DNA of 64,000 bases from Coniocarpon cinnabarinum (taxonomy: Eukaryota), in NCBI GenBank assembly GCA_051942205.1, contig JAVECO010000105.1, positions 1 to 64,000 on the forward strand, written 5' to 3'. Each line of letters begins with the position of its first letter. The first letter of the stretch is position 1. Made by a program: the position numbers and the translations under genes. Of this stretch, positions 47,901 to 61,254 are shown one piece after another. The notes under the pieces were generated by a model that was not told the origin of the DNA, did not search any database, and saw only the letters and a list, made by a program, of their open reading frames with translations.

Positions 47901-48374
47901 TTGAGCTTGACCTCGAGGGTCTCTGCGGTACTGTTTGTCTGGAAAAGATTGAGACCACCTCTTGTCACGCGACCAGTGACAGGCGTCAGAGACTGTTGCG
48001 CAGGCGCGGTTGGCGTTGCTGAAGCGGCGGCCAGAGCCCATGAGAGCATGCCTTGGCCAACGAGAGGCGTTTCATATTCAGAATAATCGTAGGCGTATAT
48101 TGTAAAATCTTGACCAAGCTTGGCTACCAACTCTGGAGAGGCGTTGATGATGGCTTGGATGCACGTCCGGAGTTCGATTATGCCAACTTCTGTGGAGGGA
48201 TCAAGCATCGCAGTCCGTACGCTGACTGGGTGCGGGCAGCGGGCAAGACAGTTGGTCTTGGCATCATCAAAGGTGTACAACACTTTGACTGTAGAAGCGG
48301 TCAGTGCCACTATCACCCAAACGCTTGTTGTGTGGAGACATGCCTTGCATCAGGCGCTCATTGCTCTGATTCAT
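44914..48374 (-). CDS. ams2: Ams2/Spt21-like GATA transcription factor
   Basis: Ams2/SPT21 N-terminal KVLYTFDD..NCLAR and YAYDYSEYETPLVGQGML; RPPTP motif; GATA finger CGNC..TPTWRK..LCN|SCGIW split by an intron near 46095-46143. Confidence 0.88.
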
Positions 48375-48422
48375 CGGAGGATTAGGCTGCGGCTGAAAAG
48401 AGTATTGAGAAGGGGTGCTTGG

Positions 48423-48823
48423 ACGCGACATGTTCGTGGCTTGTAAAGAAGTTGATGATTCACGTGGAGTCTAAGTCGTTGTGTGGGTTTTAGAGGCTCT
48501 TGCAAGGCGAGTGAGATTGTGGAGACAAGCGTAGTACGAGAGGCGTGGTAATCAGACGCGAGAGGAGGCGGTTAAGAAAGGGCAAAAGAGCACTCCCAGT
48601 GGGAGAAGCTCTAGATAGAGGCTCTGAGTCATCACATGACACGTTGAGAGCTGAACCGCAGGTACTGAGTGCTTAGCAGAGAGCGTACAGAAGGGAAAGA
48701 CAGACAGGCGTACTGCAGCACACTTGGGAACGAGACTGTACAGAAAGACGCGCGCTGATACGTCAACGCGACCCATCCTCATCGACTTCCCTTTGTGGAA
48801 GTACTTTGACGCGCTCACGTGAT
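48423..48823 (+). promoter_or_regulatory. Divergent ams2/smd2 promoter with MCB-like ACGCG cluster and TCAC(G/A)TG sites
   Basis: ACGCG at 48423, 48556, 48748, 48766 and 48809; ATCACATGAC at 48631; TCACGTGAT at 48815. Confidence 0.45.
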
Positions 48824-48924
48824 TGGAGCTTGGTGCGCTCCAATGCTCTGCCTGAGCAAGAAGGTTGATTGCATAACTCAGTCGCAAACAGTGCTGCTCA
48901 CCTGAGGGTCTTGATTTCTACAGA

Positions 48925-49384
48925 ATGTCGGAGACGAAAGTCGAGTAAGATGAAGTTCGAAATGCGTAAGCAACGTGCGCTGACAAACCCTACAGAGACC
49001 TCATCAACAAGCCGCGCAACGAGCTCACAGAATATGAAATTGCTCAGCTCGAAGAACATGAATTCACCTCAGGCCCCCTCTCCGTCCTTTTGACCGCCGT
49101 CCGCTCTCATGTCCAAGTCCTCATCTCCTGCCGTAACAACCGAAAATTACTGGCACGCGTCAAAGCATTCGACAGACACTGCAACATGGTTTTGGAGAAT
49201 GTCAAGGAAATGTGGACCGAGGTGCCGACACTGGCTAGTGGCAAGAAGGGAAAGCCAATGAACAAAGACAGGTTCATCAGCAAGCTGTGTGTCATCACTC
49301 GCGCCAGAATAACTGGTAGGATATGGCTAATCCGGCGGCAGATTTCTACGAGGCGATTCTGTGATTATGGTTCTCCTTTCATGA
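48925..49384 (+). CDS. smd2: Small nuclear ribonucleoprotein Sm D2, two introns
   Basis: [49 protein letters not shown] and [15 protein letters not shown]. Confidence 0.97.
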
Positions 49385-49720
49385 GATCTAGAAAGAATCC
49401 AAGAAATGACCAAAGCAGCTGATGCATGGCGACGTTGACGCATGCTCTATTGCATTGCAAGAACAACCTTCACACTCTCATTCGCGCTCAGCGTTTCGGG
49501 GACGACAGTCATCTCAACAATTCAGGTGCTTCCCCGCCTGCGCGATTGATCAAGTGCTCCTGAAAAGGCCGCGTAAGGAATTTAGCCGCGGAACAATGCT
49601 TCATAGGGTGGCATGCTGCTCCGCGTCTTTGAGGAGAAGAGCATGACTGGTATTCGACGCCTCAAGAACGCACAAGTGAGGAGGTTGTAGAAGTAATAAC
49701 AAGGTAAAGATATTGACACC

Positions 49721-52700
49721 CTAATCAGAAAACCCTGCACTCGTCGTGCGACTCTTCGATTGACGGAACAAAGCTGTCTCGGCCCATTGTGCTCTCTGCC
49801 TCCAAATTCGCAACTCTCGCTCACTTTCGCGTAACTGTTCGCTCAACGTCGCTGTGTCTTTGGCAGATCTGATAGCGTGCAACTCCTGCTTCAGCTGCAG
49901 CACTGCTTCATTCCGGGCATCCAAATCCACCTTCAAGCGTCGAAGCTCTGCGTAAAGCGTTCCAAGATTACTACCATTTCTGTCTTTGAGAGGAGTAACA
50001 AGCCCGGGTTGATCCTGAAATGCAGGCCTTGCATCCCTTGGATGCTTGTTTTCATTGTTGGGGCGGAAGCTGATTTGCCGTGCAACAGGTGGTTCGTTGC
50101 AGAAGGCGACGTGAGAAGCACACATCGGTGCCTCACAAGGATTCTTGTATCCACCGTTGGCTTCAACCTTGATCATGCGCGACCCAACTCGATTGTGTGA
50201 CGAATGCGATGCAGGACCAAGTGCGTCGATCTTCTCTTGAAAGCGTTGCTCGTTCGTTAAGTCACATTTCGCAACCTCATACAAAGTTTCTCCGGGCTGT
50301 GCAGAGGCTGTGATCAAGCCTGACCGCTTCAGAGCAGATCTTTGCTTCAAATCTGGGCTTGTAGATCTCTGAAGTGTGTTGTCTCTCAGCTCATTGCATC
50401 TGTCCGATTGTTTCTCGAGACAGCCCCCTAATTCTTTGCTGTCTTGGTTCTGGCATTTGCCATTCTTCTTCGGCTTGGCTTGGATTCTCAAATACTCGTA
50501 ATTTGAGGACAACTGCGGCTCTCCATGATTCACTCCAGAGATTTCACAATAGGCTTCTTTACCATCACATGTGCGGTCAGATGAGTGAGCTGCTCCTCCT
50601 CCATGGCCGACCCACAAGCGGCCTCCAACCATTGCGGGGCCAGGATCAGATCCCAGATCAAGACGAAAGCTGGGAGGCATTGAAATTGATGTAGCCGTGT
50701 CGCTTTGGGATATTTTAGTGTCGTGGCAGTAGAAGCGGGACATTGTTTGCGATTTTTTACTGTTGGTATTTGATGATCTGAAACTTCCATCAGCAAGGGA
50801 ATTCTTGTCCGGGTTTTCCAGCTTTGCGCTGCTAGTACGGTTCGGAGCCAGGATGTTACTGGTGCTGTTGCCTTTCTTGCAGGTATCCTCCCACCATGCG
50901 AGGCTGTAATCTGTACCGACTGACAAGTGATCATGAGCTTGAAACAGGGGCCAGCGAGGCTCGGAGACGCTATGTGAAAGTTTGGTATTTGCGTCGGACG
51001 CTAAGACTTCCTCGACAAGAGGATCATGCTCCGCTGGTTCGCCAGGTGGGCAGGAAGCTGTCCCGAGAAGAGGCTGTGATCTCGAAGTGAAGGAACAAGA
51101 CAGCGATTCACGAGTCCCAGTTTCATTTGCCAGAAGAACGTGTGGCGGGCGAAAACTGTCGCGTCTTTTGAGAGGATCACAAACTTCAACCGTTGTGAGC
51201 TTGGTGGGCTTGCCAGCGTGCCAGGCGTGACGATCAAGCTTTCTGCCATCGCTGGGTTGAGAGAGTGTTGATGTCGACCTCAACGAGCTATGTTGTCGAG
51301 ACATCTGTCTTACAATTGCCTCCCAATCATTCAGCAACATCTCGACGACCTTGGCTTCCATTTGGGATTTTTCAAGACTGGCGTCGATAATTGATTGCTG
51401 ACCAACATTGCTCGAATTTGACTTCTTAGGGGACCAGAAGTGGCCTGTAATTGAGCGTTCCCTCTTTGCACCTTTCTTCTTTGTACTTCTGTCGTCGCAA
51501 AGCTTTCCGAGGAGAATCGGAGCGAAAACCACAGCTAGTGCGCGGCTGCTCATGTATTCTTGACTCGGTGATTGACGTTTGTGAAATGATCCAGGTGGCT
51601 CATTTTGCACGTAGCTCTCTTCGTGCTTGATGGATGCTAGCAAGCCAAACACAGCACAACATAGGGCAATGCGCCGAGATGAGCGAATGCTCAGGAAAGC
51701 TAGAGCAACGAGTCGAGGACGCACTGTATGCCATTCTCGCTGCTCACGCCCCTGGAAACTGAATGTGCTTATGTTTTGCAAAACATCGAAAAGGCACTTC
51801 GATCCCAGAATTCCACCTGGCAGATCCCAGAGAAACTTTTTGAAGACAGAAGCCACGTCATGCACGTTGTAGACGAGATCTCCTTGCGGCAGCAACGCGT
51901 AGCCTACCGATTCATGCACTTTGCTTTCTTCCTCGGCTGCGGAGCGCATTTGCGAGGCATAATGATCGTACAGCGCATTGACTGCGTATATTTGACCAGG
52001 TATGCGAAACACCCCAGGTGTTGAGGGACCTTTTCTAAGATTAGTAACGACTCTTTCGCACGTACACTTTAAGTACTCTATACCGTGAAGGGCAAGAAAA
52101 TTTCCGGTAGCCGCAATGCAGCATGGCACAGCAAGCTCCGTCGCAGAGAACTTCTTTGGCACACTTAGGAGACTGGTCCCACCAAGACGATAAACCTGCT
52201 CAAGCGATTGGCATTTTAGTGCATGCCTTGAATGCTTGCGCATTAGGCTGCTGACGCTACGTTTCTGCACCAAATTTTTATCAGCTTTTTCAATAAAGTC
52301 TTCAGGTGCTGAACTCCGACTGAAATAGCGCAATAAGCCTCTTTTGTGGATTCGATGGGATATTTGGATAGAGCTCTCTGTGCCTAGGTACGGTAAGCTG
52401 CTTCTCAAGGACACTCAGTGGGCCTCAATGAGTCGCTCCCTTACAGTCGCTGACACGGAGGACACACTCAAGACCGTATCCTTTCGCAATTTCGTTGAAT
52501 CGCAGAGCATGTTTCTGAGCCATGTTTTTTGAGCCCTCGCTCGGATCGAGCGCGCTAGAGGTGGCTCGGCTCCCCGTGGAAGAGCCAAATTCATCACTGT
52601 GACTGATAGCCGAGCGAGCTGGGTTGGCGAACTGAGATCCTTCTGAGCCGAGGTCAGTGTGCGACGCAGATCTGAGCGGTTGCTGCTCAGGATAGGTGGA

Positions 52701-52946
52701 CGCGGATCCGGCGAAAGTGTCATTCTTGCCAGGTTGCTGGGTCGCTTTAAAGTCCAAGAGTGCTTTCGCAACTGAGACATCAAGATTTGCTGGCTGTGGA
52801 GACCGCTTCTCTGGAGGATCAGATGGATATCGGGTACGTCCAGGAATGATTAATGTGTCTAGTGAGGGCGATCGAAGCGTAGAATGATCAATAATATGCG
52901 CCGAGGCCGGAGGACATTGCACTGATGCTGACCTGCGCAAATGCAT
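49721..52946 (-). CDS. RhoGAP-domain protein with C-terminal coiled coil
   Basis: GVFRIPG arginine finger, VHDVASVFKKFL..LPGGILG and ALAVVFAPILLG; C-terminal LYAELRRLK..WRQRAQWAE. Start tentative. Confidence 0.8.
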
Positions 52947-53283
52947 TATAACTCGGCTGCACGATGAAAAGTTGGTGTGAGCAAAAAGGTCAAGACACAC
53001 ACTGAGCTCGGGGGAAGATGGGCACAGGTGGAGAACATGCGTACAACGTACAGCATGTTGCGGTGGACCTGCAGCCATGGAAAGTGTTATCGCAAGATGG
53101 GGACGAGCATTGCTTCGTTGCTTCCTTATTACTCGAGTGTGCCGCCCCTTCTCTAATAGTCGGGCAATGCTGCTGGTGTCCGTCTTCACATATCGTATCG
53201 ACATCACACTGCATCCTAATTTGGCAGCAGACTACCCGCGCTGTACGAGCATCCGCTCATCAAAAGATGCAAACATTGTCCCG

Positions 53284-54638
53284 TCATTCCCCTTCGCCTT
53301 CGAAGAGAATATATTCGAGGATGTCACTCAGCGTCAGCACTCCTTTGAGGTGACTGCGTTCGTCAATCACCACGAAACGATGCACGCGTGACTTCCGTAT
53401 CGTGTCGAAAATAGCATCTAGCCGGTCGTGGAGCGCGCAAGTGTAAATTCCCGGGAAATCCTGCGTTTATATTCAGCACTAAATGAGTCTACACCATTGT
53501 GCAGAAGATAACTCACCTCGGGTCGCTTGAGCAGCGCTTCGCCAACACTCATGTTGAGCTCTTCATAGACGCCGCCTTTTATCAATTGTATGACGTCTAC
53601 AGCTTCGAAGACGTTCACAACGGCACCTGATGATTTTGTCAGCAATTTACTGCAGACGAAGAAAGGTGCACGCTTGCCATCAGAGTCGAGGATCGGCACA
53701 CTCGATATGTTCCTCTGAACAAATTGATGAATGACATTCATGACAGGCGTTTCCATATGAGCAGTGGCGAGATTCTCGTAAGTGCCAACGTTGATGTCTC
53801 TTAGAGGCTTTCGAAGCAGCTGAGTCTCTTGAACGTTGACGGCAACAAACTTCAGTATCCGATACTGTGTAATGACACTAACCACCATTGCTCTGTCTGT
53901 CTCGTCGTCGACATCGACGATTGGTATACGGCGCGCTCGAGACATTACCATCATTCTACATGCTTCATACAGCGGTCTCAAAGGATGTATTGAAACAGTC
54001 TCGATTGGAGTCACTCCGATTGCCTTCTCGATCTCTAAGTACAGTCAGTCTTCTAAACGTTACGTGTAAGCTCCAGGTAACTTGCCTCTGAGACTATTGA
54101 GGCGGAATTGATCTATCTGTGCCAGAGCATCCGGATTTTGCCAATAGTACTGAATCACATTGATGTAATCCGAGACGGTCAGTAACCCAGCAAAGGTCGA
54201 CGTTTTGGAGTCCCATAGCGGTGCTGACACAATGCCTGGCCAGTGTTAGCCATTCCTCGGGACATTACTTCGACACTTACCATTCTGGATCAATATGTCC
54301 AAGCTTTTCCTGACTAGTAGAGCCGTGTCAAAGACTATTAGTCTAAAGCTAAGAGGCAATACATCATAGCTTGTTCTAATCTTCAGGAAAGCGCGAATAG
54401 CACGCTGCAAGCCCACATTAGCATTTCTGTCATTGCGTTGGAGTTGCAGGCTGCAGCTGGGGGTACTGACTAACGCCTCGAGTTGCTCTCGGTCTAGGGG
54501 ATTATGCTGAGCAGGCGTGGCATGCGATCTGCGATGACTGCCGCCTTGCAAGAGACTCATTGGTGTCACGAAACCATCTCTGGAGCCTGTGTGAATTGAG
54601 CCACGAGATCTTTCATGCACAGGAACGGGATTGGCCAT
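53284..54638 (-). CDS. snf4: SNF1/AMPK gamma subunit Snf4 (CBS domains), multi-exon
   Basis: [49 protein letters not shown] and [23 protein letters not shown]. Confidence 0.96.
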
Positions 54639-55063
54639 GGATTTGTTGAGTGTGTGAAGTTCGATGCCAGTTACGCTCGATATAAGTTGATCAATGTGAA
54701 TGAACAGTCCTAAAATCTGTTTAGCATCGCATTCATCTCTTTTCTGGCGCAAGGGTGCATTTCTGCGAGGATAGAAGTAGATGCGAGCAAGCTATTCCAA
54801 ACCAAAGCTGGATTTGCCTCAAGGACTAACATGTGAACGCAAGGTTAAGATTCCAAATATGGCTTAATCGTATGCACTTGAATTGGTCTTGGCAAACTTA
54901 CATAGATCAAAAAGATAAGATAGATCGATCTATACCCATGAGTCAAGCAAACGCCTCCTATACTCCTAGTATTAGTTCAAGACCAGTCGCAGCAAAACAC
55001 AAGACCTTCATGTTGCCATAGACCGCCCTTTTCCCCTCATATGCGAGTTTCCGACGTACAAAA

Positions 55064-58000
55064 ATGCCGGTGGTCAATGCCGCAAACCTAATCAAGCTGC
55101 AAAACAACCCTAACGCTATTCGTAATGTACAGCAGTGCCCATAAGCCGTCTCAGTGAGCAGACTAACGTTTCCAAGATTTGCATCCTGGCACATGTTGTA
55201 TGCAATCACATGTGAATGCTTTAGAGTGCTTTTTTTTTAACCAGCATAGGATCATGGTAAAACATCACTCACTGACTCTCTCATTGCCACCAATGGCATC
55301 ATTTCGCCGAAAATGGCGGGCAAAATCCGCTATCTGGACTCACGTCCGGACGAGCAGACTCGTGGCATCACGATGGAATCTTCTGCCATCTCTTTGATTT
55401 TCTCAATCTTGCGAAAACGGTCTCCAGAGCTTGCACTTGAGCCCCAGGATCACCTGATCAACCTCATTGATTCACCAGGCCATGTAGACTTTAGCAGCGA
55501 GGTCTCCACAGCATCAAGACTCTGTGATGGCGCTGTCATACTCGTCGATGCTGTAGAGGGTGTATGTAGTCAAACTATCTCAGTTCTACGGCAAACCTGG
55601 GTTGAACGACTCAAGCCGGTACTGGTGATCAATAAAATGGACCGGCTGATCACGGAGCTCCGCATGAGTCCTCAAGAAGCTTACAGTCATCTCAGCAAGT
55701 TGCTTGAACAAGTCAATGCCGTTATGGGTAGTTTCTTCCAAGGTGAGAGAATGGAGGACGATCTAAAGTGGCGCGAGAGGCTCGAGGCTCGCGTTAGTCA
55801 AGTTACCCGACCTCAAGAGAATGCAACTCGTGGAGTGGACCCTGGACTTGATCATTCGTCTTCCGTAGCTGATGTCGATGGCCTCAACGATCCTTCTCGG
55901 TGGGAAGAGAAGGACGATGAGGGCATATACTTCGAGCCTGAAAGAGGTAACGTCATCTTTAGTAGCGCTACCGATGGTTGGGCATTTACAGCAAAGCAAT
56001 TTGCCAGCTTTTATGAGAAAAAGCTCGGTATCAATCGTAAGGTCCTCGAGAGGGTCTTGTGGGGTGACTACTACTTAGACCCAAAGACCAAGCGAATACT
56101 AGCCCCCAAGCATGTTAAAGGTCGGTCACTGAAGCCTCTCTTTGTCCAGCTTGTGCTGGAAAACATCTGGGCAGTATACGAGGCAGCTACCGGAGGAGAT
56201 AAAGGGAAAGGGTAAGTCGACACGTGCAGCACGACCTGATATTCGAATCTCAATTAGGCTTACATTTACACAGTGATACTAAGATGGTAGAAAAGATCTG
56301 CAGCTCACTGTCCCTCAATCTTCCTGGTCACGTGCTGAGATCCCGGGACCCCAAGGCAATTCTTACCCCCCTCTTTTCAGCATGGATCCCGCTATCGACG
56401 GCAGTGCTAGTCTCTGTGATCGAGCACTTACCTTCACCGATCGTGGCACAGAAGTCCCGGACCTCAGATCTAGTTGAGGCCTCTCCAGGCGCTGAAAACG
56501 TTGATCCCAGAATCAAAAACAGTATGGAGAATCTTGTAAGCTCTGATTCCGAGGCAAAGGTACCGAGTGTAGCCTTTGTAAGTAAGATGGTCGCAGTTCC
56601 CAAAAAAGATCTTCCAGAAAATAAGACGCGCGCGGGAAAGACATTGACAGCAGAGCAAGCTCGTGAGCTTGGCCGCAAGAAGCGTGCAGAGATAGCACGA
56701 GCCCAGGCGGCCGCCAATGGCGAGCATCCTGACGTTGCAGAGCTCAAGGAAGCTCTTAGCGACACTGGTATTGAACAAGGCGCCGATAATCGTTCAGCCG
56801 ACTCGAGAGGAGAAGAGAGCGGACGAGACGAGGAGCAACTCATAGGTTTCGCAAGACTCTTCTCTGGTAAACTTACAGTTGGTGACGAGTTGTACGTCCT
56901 AACGCCGAAATTCACTCCTCGAAACCCGCACGCTTCTCCTGAACCTCAAAAGGTAACAATAACCGCATTATATTTGCTCATGGGTCGTGACCTTGAATCC
57001 CTTACGACCGTGCCACCCGGAGTTGTTTTTGGTATTGGTGGATTAGAAGGCCATATTATGAAGTCAGGCACCCTTTGCAGTCAGGTGGATGGAGGCATCA
57101 ATCTCGCTGGTGTTTCCATGGGTGGTGAACCAATTGTTAGGGTTGCTCTTGAGCCGCAAAATCCGATGGACCTCGACAAGATGATTATGGGGCTTCGTTT
57201 GCTCGAACAAAGCGACCCATGTGCAAGATACGAGGTTCTTGAAAATGGTGAACATGTAATACTAACAGCAGGCGAGTTGCACTTGGAGAGATGTCTCAAA
57301 GATCTCAAAGAACGCTTTGCCCAATGCGAAATCCAAGCTGGCGCTTCAATCGTGCCTTACAGAGAGAGTATCGTCAGCGCCACGGAGATGAACCCACCCA
57401 AAACCCAAGACCTGCCGAGAGGCACTGTTGTCATGTCCGAGGAGGGCAGGCTATTGAATCTCCGTGTAAGAGTAATACCGTTGCCTCAGGGTGCTACGGA
57501 ATACTTGATGAGTAATGAGACGCTTATACAAGATCTCTACGAAGCACAGTCGGTTGAGGATATCGCCGCCCTTGCAGATGGTGATGCAGGGACTCAAACA
57601 GCAACCTCGCTTCGTGGTCAAACGCATCATCATCCAAAAGCGCAAAGGTCGTTACAAGCACTTCAGGAAGGTCTGCACGACGTCTTTGGCACGGTGAAGA
57701 CCAATCGTGACTTATGGAAGGTAGCTGCCAGCAACACCGTGGCTTTCGGCCCTCGTAGGGTGGGGCCCAATATCCTTGTCGATAATACAAGCGGCCGCAT
57801 TTGTCATGCTCTGTAGGTTTATTCACATTAAGCGAAGGACTAAAGCACTAACTTGATCAGTTCCATCCAAGCTCTCCTCGCGAACGGTCAAAGCGAGCAA
57901 CCTGAAGATGACGACCGAGAGCAACGATATCGCCTCGACCTCTCGAGCAAAATTTCGTATGCATTCCAGTTGGCTACAGCCCAGGGACCATTGTGCAATG

Positions 58001-58634
58001 AACCGATGCAAGGTGTAGCTGTTTTTCTAGAGGAATTTTCGACCCCTGAAGCCGGCGGCACCGGTACCAGCGCAGATGTGTCGGGCAGATTAACAGGTGA
58101 GGTGCTTCGAGCTGTGCGGGACTCGATAAGGCAAGGTCTCCTAGATTGGAGCCCACGCATACTACTTGCAATGTACAAATGTGAGATCCAAGCATCAAGT
58201 AAGTTACAAGTGTTTCTGTAGTGCCCGGACATCCACTAATAAAATTCGCAGCTGAAGTACTAGGTCGGGTCTATGGTGTAGTCACTCGTCGCCGAGGGCG
58301 CATCGTTGCAGAGAGCATGAACGAGGGAACACCATTCTTCACAGTGACCGCAACGCTACCCGTTGCCGAGTCCTTTGGTTTCAGCGAAGAGATACGCAAG
58401 CGAACTTCGGGAGCTGCCTCCCCGCAGCTTATCTTCTCGGGTTATGAGATGCTTGACGAAGATCCATTCTGGGTGCCCTTCACGGAAGAAGAGCTCGAGG
58501 ACTTGGGTGAGATTGCCGATCGCGAAAACATTGCGAAGAAATACGTGGATGGAGTCAGGCGACGAAAAGGCCTGTTTGTGCAAGGCAGTAAGGTGGTCAC
58601 AAGCGCTGAGAAACAGAAGACTCTGAAAAAATGA
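55064..58634 (+). CDS. ria1: Elongation factor-like GTPase Ria1/Efl1 (60S maturation), multi-exon
   Basis: [66 protein letters not shown] and [15 protein letters not shown]. 21-nt microexon at 55177-55197. Confidence 0.96.
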
Positions 58635-58691
58635 TTCAACTTCGTGACTGTAAGTGGCAATTGGAGCCATTGGATCATCTTGTGCGCTGCT

Positions 58692-59231
58692 CTATTCCGG
58701 CGCATTTTCATCGATCAAGCCGTTACGTCGCAACGCTGGAATGGCTTCGAGGTCGATCCAACCGATCACCTGCCCGGTCAGCTCCCTGAGCTGCGTGTCA
58801 GTGAAAAAGCTGCCATCACGGTTAAGAGGGACGAAGCGTCTGTGAGTCGGGTGCCACATGTTCGGTCCAAGCCTAGTCTGCACGCTGCGACAAACATCTT
58901 CTACTTGACTCAGAGTCCGTCCGCGAGCCAAACGACCCAGAAACTCTCTTCTCGAAAACATGGGCGAGTCTTCAGGCCGCCGCATCCTCTTGCATCTGAA
59001 ATTCAAGCCATCCGAAATTGTTCCACCTTGATATATCATCACTCCGCTTCCGTCACTCTCTGTCTCGATGAAGATTCCCAGGTGGAAATAAGTCTCTTGA
59101 AAATGATGGGGAAGGCGAGAGTTGCGCAGCTGTATTCTGAATATACGGGGTTGTGGAGGCCCTTCCGTAGCGGGAGGCGGATTGTCTTGCTGACGGCGCA
59201 AGAATCTCCGCGTTAGGTTCTTAGGGCCCAT
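58692..59231 (-). CDS. Fungal hypothetical protein, DUF6540-like
   Basis: Intronless 179 aa. HLGIFIETESDGSG..G....GL, PEDS..F..REFLG, VEDVC and W..EAIPAL..GL match my recollection of the family pattern. Confidence 0.6.
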   Translation of the reverse strand: MGPKNLTRRFLRRQQDNPPPATEGPPQPRIFRIQLRNSRLPHHFQETYFHLGIFIETESDGSGVMIYQGGTISDGLNFRCKRMRRPEDSPMFSRREFLGRLARGRTLSQVEDVCRSVQTRLGPNMWHPTHRRFVPLNRDGSFFTDTQLRELTGQVIGWIDLEAIPALRRNGLIDENAPE

Positions 59232-60484
59232 GTCAGGTGGACTACTGCGAGAGAAGATCTACAAATTGACGGCAGAGGAAAAGTCTCAAAGCAATCATGC
59301 TTAAGCTGCGCTAAGCTATGAAAAGACTCCGAGTCGTTGAACTATTGTAAGGACAGAAAAGGCCGACGAGAGGACAGCGTGGTTCCGTCAACTCTACTTA
59401 TGCGAGAGAGATCACGGCTAAGCATCGGCCGATTCCCAAGCTATCATACTTCTCTGCTCTCGCCGATGGTCTTGACCGTTTTGGAGCCACTTCAAATATC
59501 GCACAAGCAGGTAGACTGTGCGAGGAGTGACTACAATGTCATCCAGATGAGCACACAGGTATAGTAGCTGTTTTAGGTGCATGCGCAAGTGCATATCTAA
59601 GATTGATAGCGCAATATTGCTACGCCTGGCAAATATTTGACATTAGTTCGACCGTCCAATTTAGTACTCTTTATGACGCCAGTGAAGCCCTGCGGGACCG
59701 TAGATGCTTTGTATGCCGTAAAGGACACGTACGGCTGGTACACGTTAAGTAAGTTTCTGTCAAGGTGCACGCCATGACGGCCTTGCAAGTGTCTCTGCAA
59801 GTTAGCAGGAGCTTGAAAACATCTGTCAGACGAGAGCAAAGGATTTAGCTCAAGGTAAGCAATAGCATAGAGCGTAAATGCAGGCTGCACTTGCCGTTTC
59901 CTCAGGGGAAGAGAGAACAACGAGCGTTTTAGCATGGCCATCAGGGTTTTATGAGCCGTTTACATGCCAGAGCTTACACTAAACACGCGCAGGATCAGAC
60001 AGCTCGCGCTTTACGTACAGCGGAATGATGTGGCTATGGTGGGTGAGCTGAGTAGTACGTGTGAAATGAGCCCAACGCAAAGGCCGCACGTCACGGTCAG
60101 TATTGTGAGTGTCACGTGAGCTCAGTCTACCAACCAATATCAACGTCCAGGCACACAGTCAAGCGAGCTTTACTGTTACACATACGCTTGTGAGATCTAC
60201 GCTGATATCTCAAACCTACTCTTGAAGTAATATGGACGGAATCTTGGAGTGTTTGATTGCTATCGCAGGCGAGACCCACATCACGTGACATCCATAATAC
60301 TGACCGTGACGTGGCCGCCTGTATACCCACAATGTTAAGGTAATATCGATATGAGGAAACCTGACTATAGAGATGCTAGGCTGGGCTTCGGAAGACTGTA
60401 GCTCAAGATTAAACGCCGCCTGTTGTACGTATCAATCTGGACTCTCAACACTGCTGTCAACATCTACCCAAAGCAACAGGCAGC

Positions 60485-61254
60485 ATGACACCCAAAACAT
60501 CAGGACAAGCTACACAATCCTCGACTACAATGGCCCTGAATCGCCAGTATTTGATAGCCTATAACGGAGTCTCATTCTTGCTTTGGGCGACGCTGCTCAC
60601 ACGAGTAACACGAACACTTTACTATTATGGGGTCAGCGATGTTTATAACATCGTCGGTGACTTCGCCCGCAATACCCAGAGTCTGGCCCTTCTCGAGGTC
60701 GTTCACTCCCTCATGGGTCTTGTGCGCGCTCCTGTCATGACGACAGGCATGCAAGTCGCATCTCGCCTGCTACTTGTATGGGGTGTGGTGAACCCCTTTG
60801 CAAATGGTCTCTACTTGGGTTCGAGCAGTTTTCTGAACGGCAATGCCCGGAACAACCAGCTTGCGTATACAAGTATGCTTGGAGCATGGAGCGTGACAGA
60901 GTGCGTCAGGTACTTGTACTTTGTGCTCTTTCTTAGCAACGCATCAAATTCGGGTCAGGTACCAAGCTTGCTGAGTTGGATGCGGTACAATGGCTTCTGG
61001 GTTCTGTATCCAGTGGGCATCGCAAGCGAATGGTGGCTCGTATTTCAAAGCCTACCGATGGCCGAAACTTGGAATCCTCTTTTTGCGTGGTTGCTAAGGG
61101 CAGTGCTTGTGATCTATATTCCGGGTCTGGCATTCACCTTGAGCGTTTCCAAAGAAGTTACTGATAGAAGGTAGGATCCTACATTCTCTTCACGCACATG
61201 ATGGCGCAAAGGCGGCGAGTGATCAGGGGCAAGGGGAAAGTAGGCAATGGCTAA
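60485..61254 (+). CDS. phs1: Very-long-chain 3-hydroxyacyl-CoA dehydratase Phs1 (PTPLA family)
   Basis: YLIAYN, QSLALLEVVH..GLVRAP, QVASRL..VWG, WSVTECVRY and catalytic LYPVGIASE. Intron 61125-61174 then YILFTHMMAQRR. Confidence 0.95.

Noticed and set aside
53260..53286. Leaky-looking TGA-CGG stop of snf4, giving the extension RDNVCIF
   Set aside because: Not the TGA-CTA fungal readthrough motif, and the extension is neither a PTS1 nor a proper CaaX.
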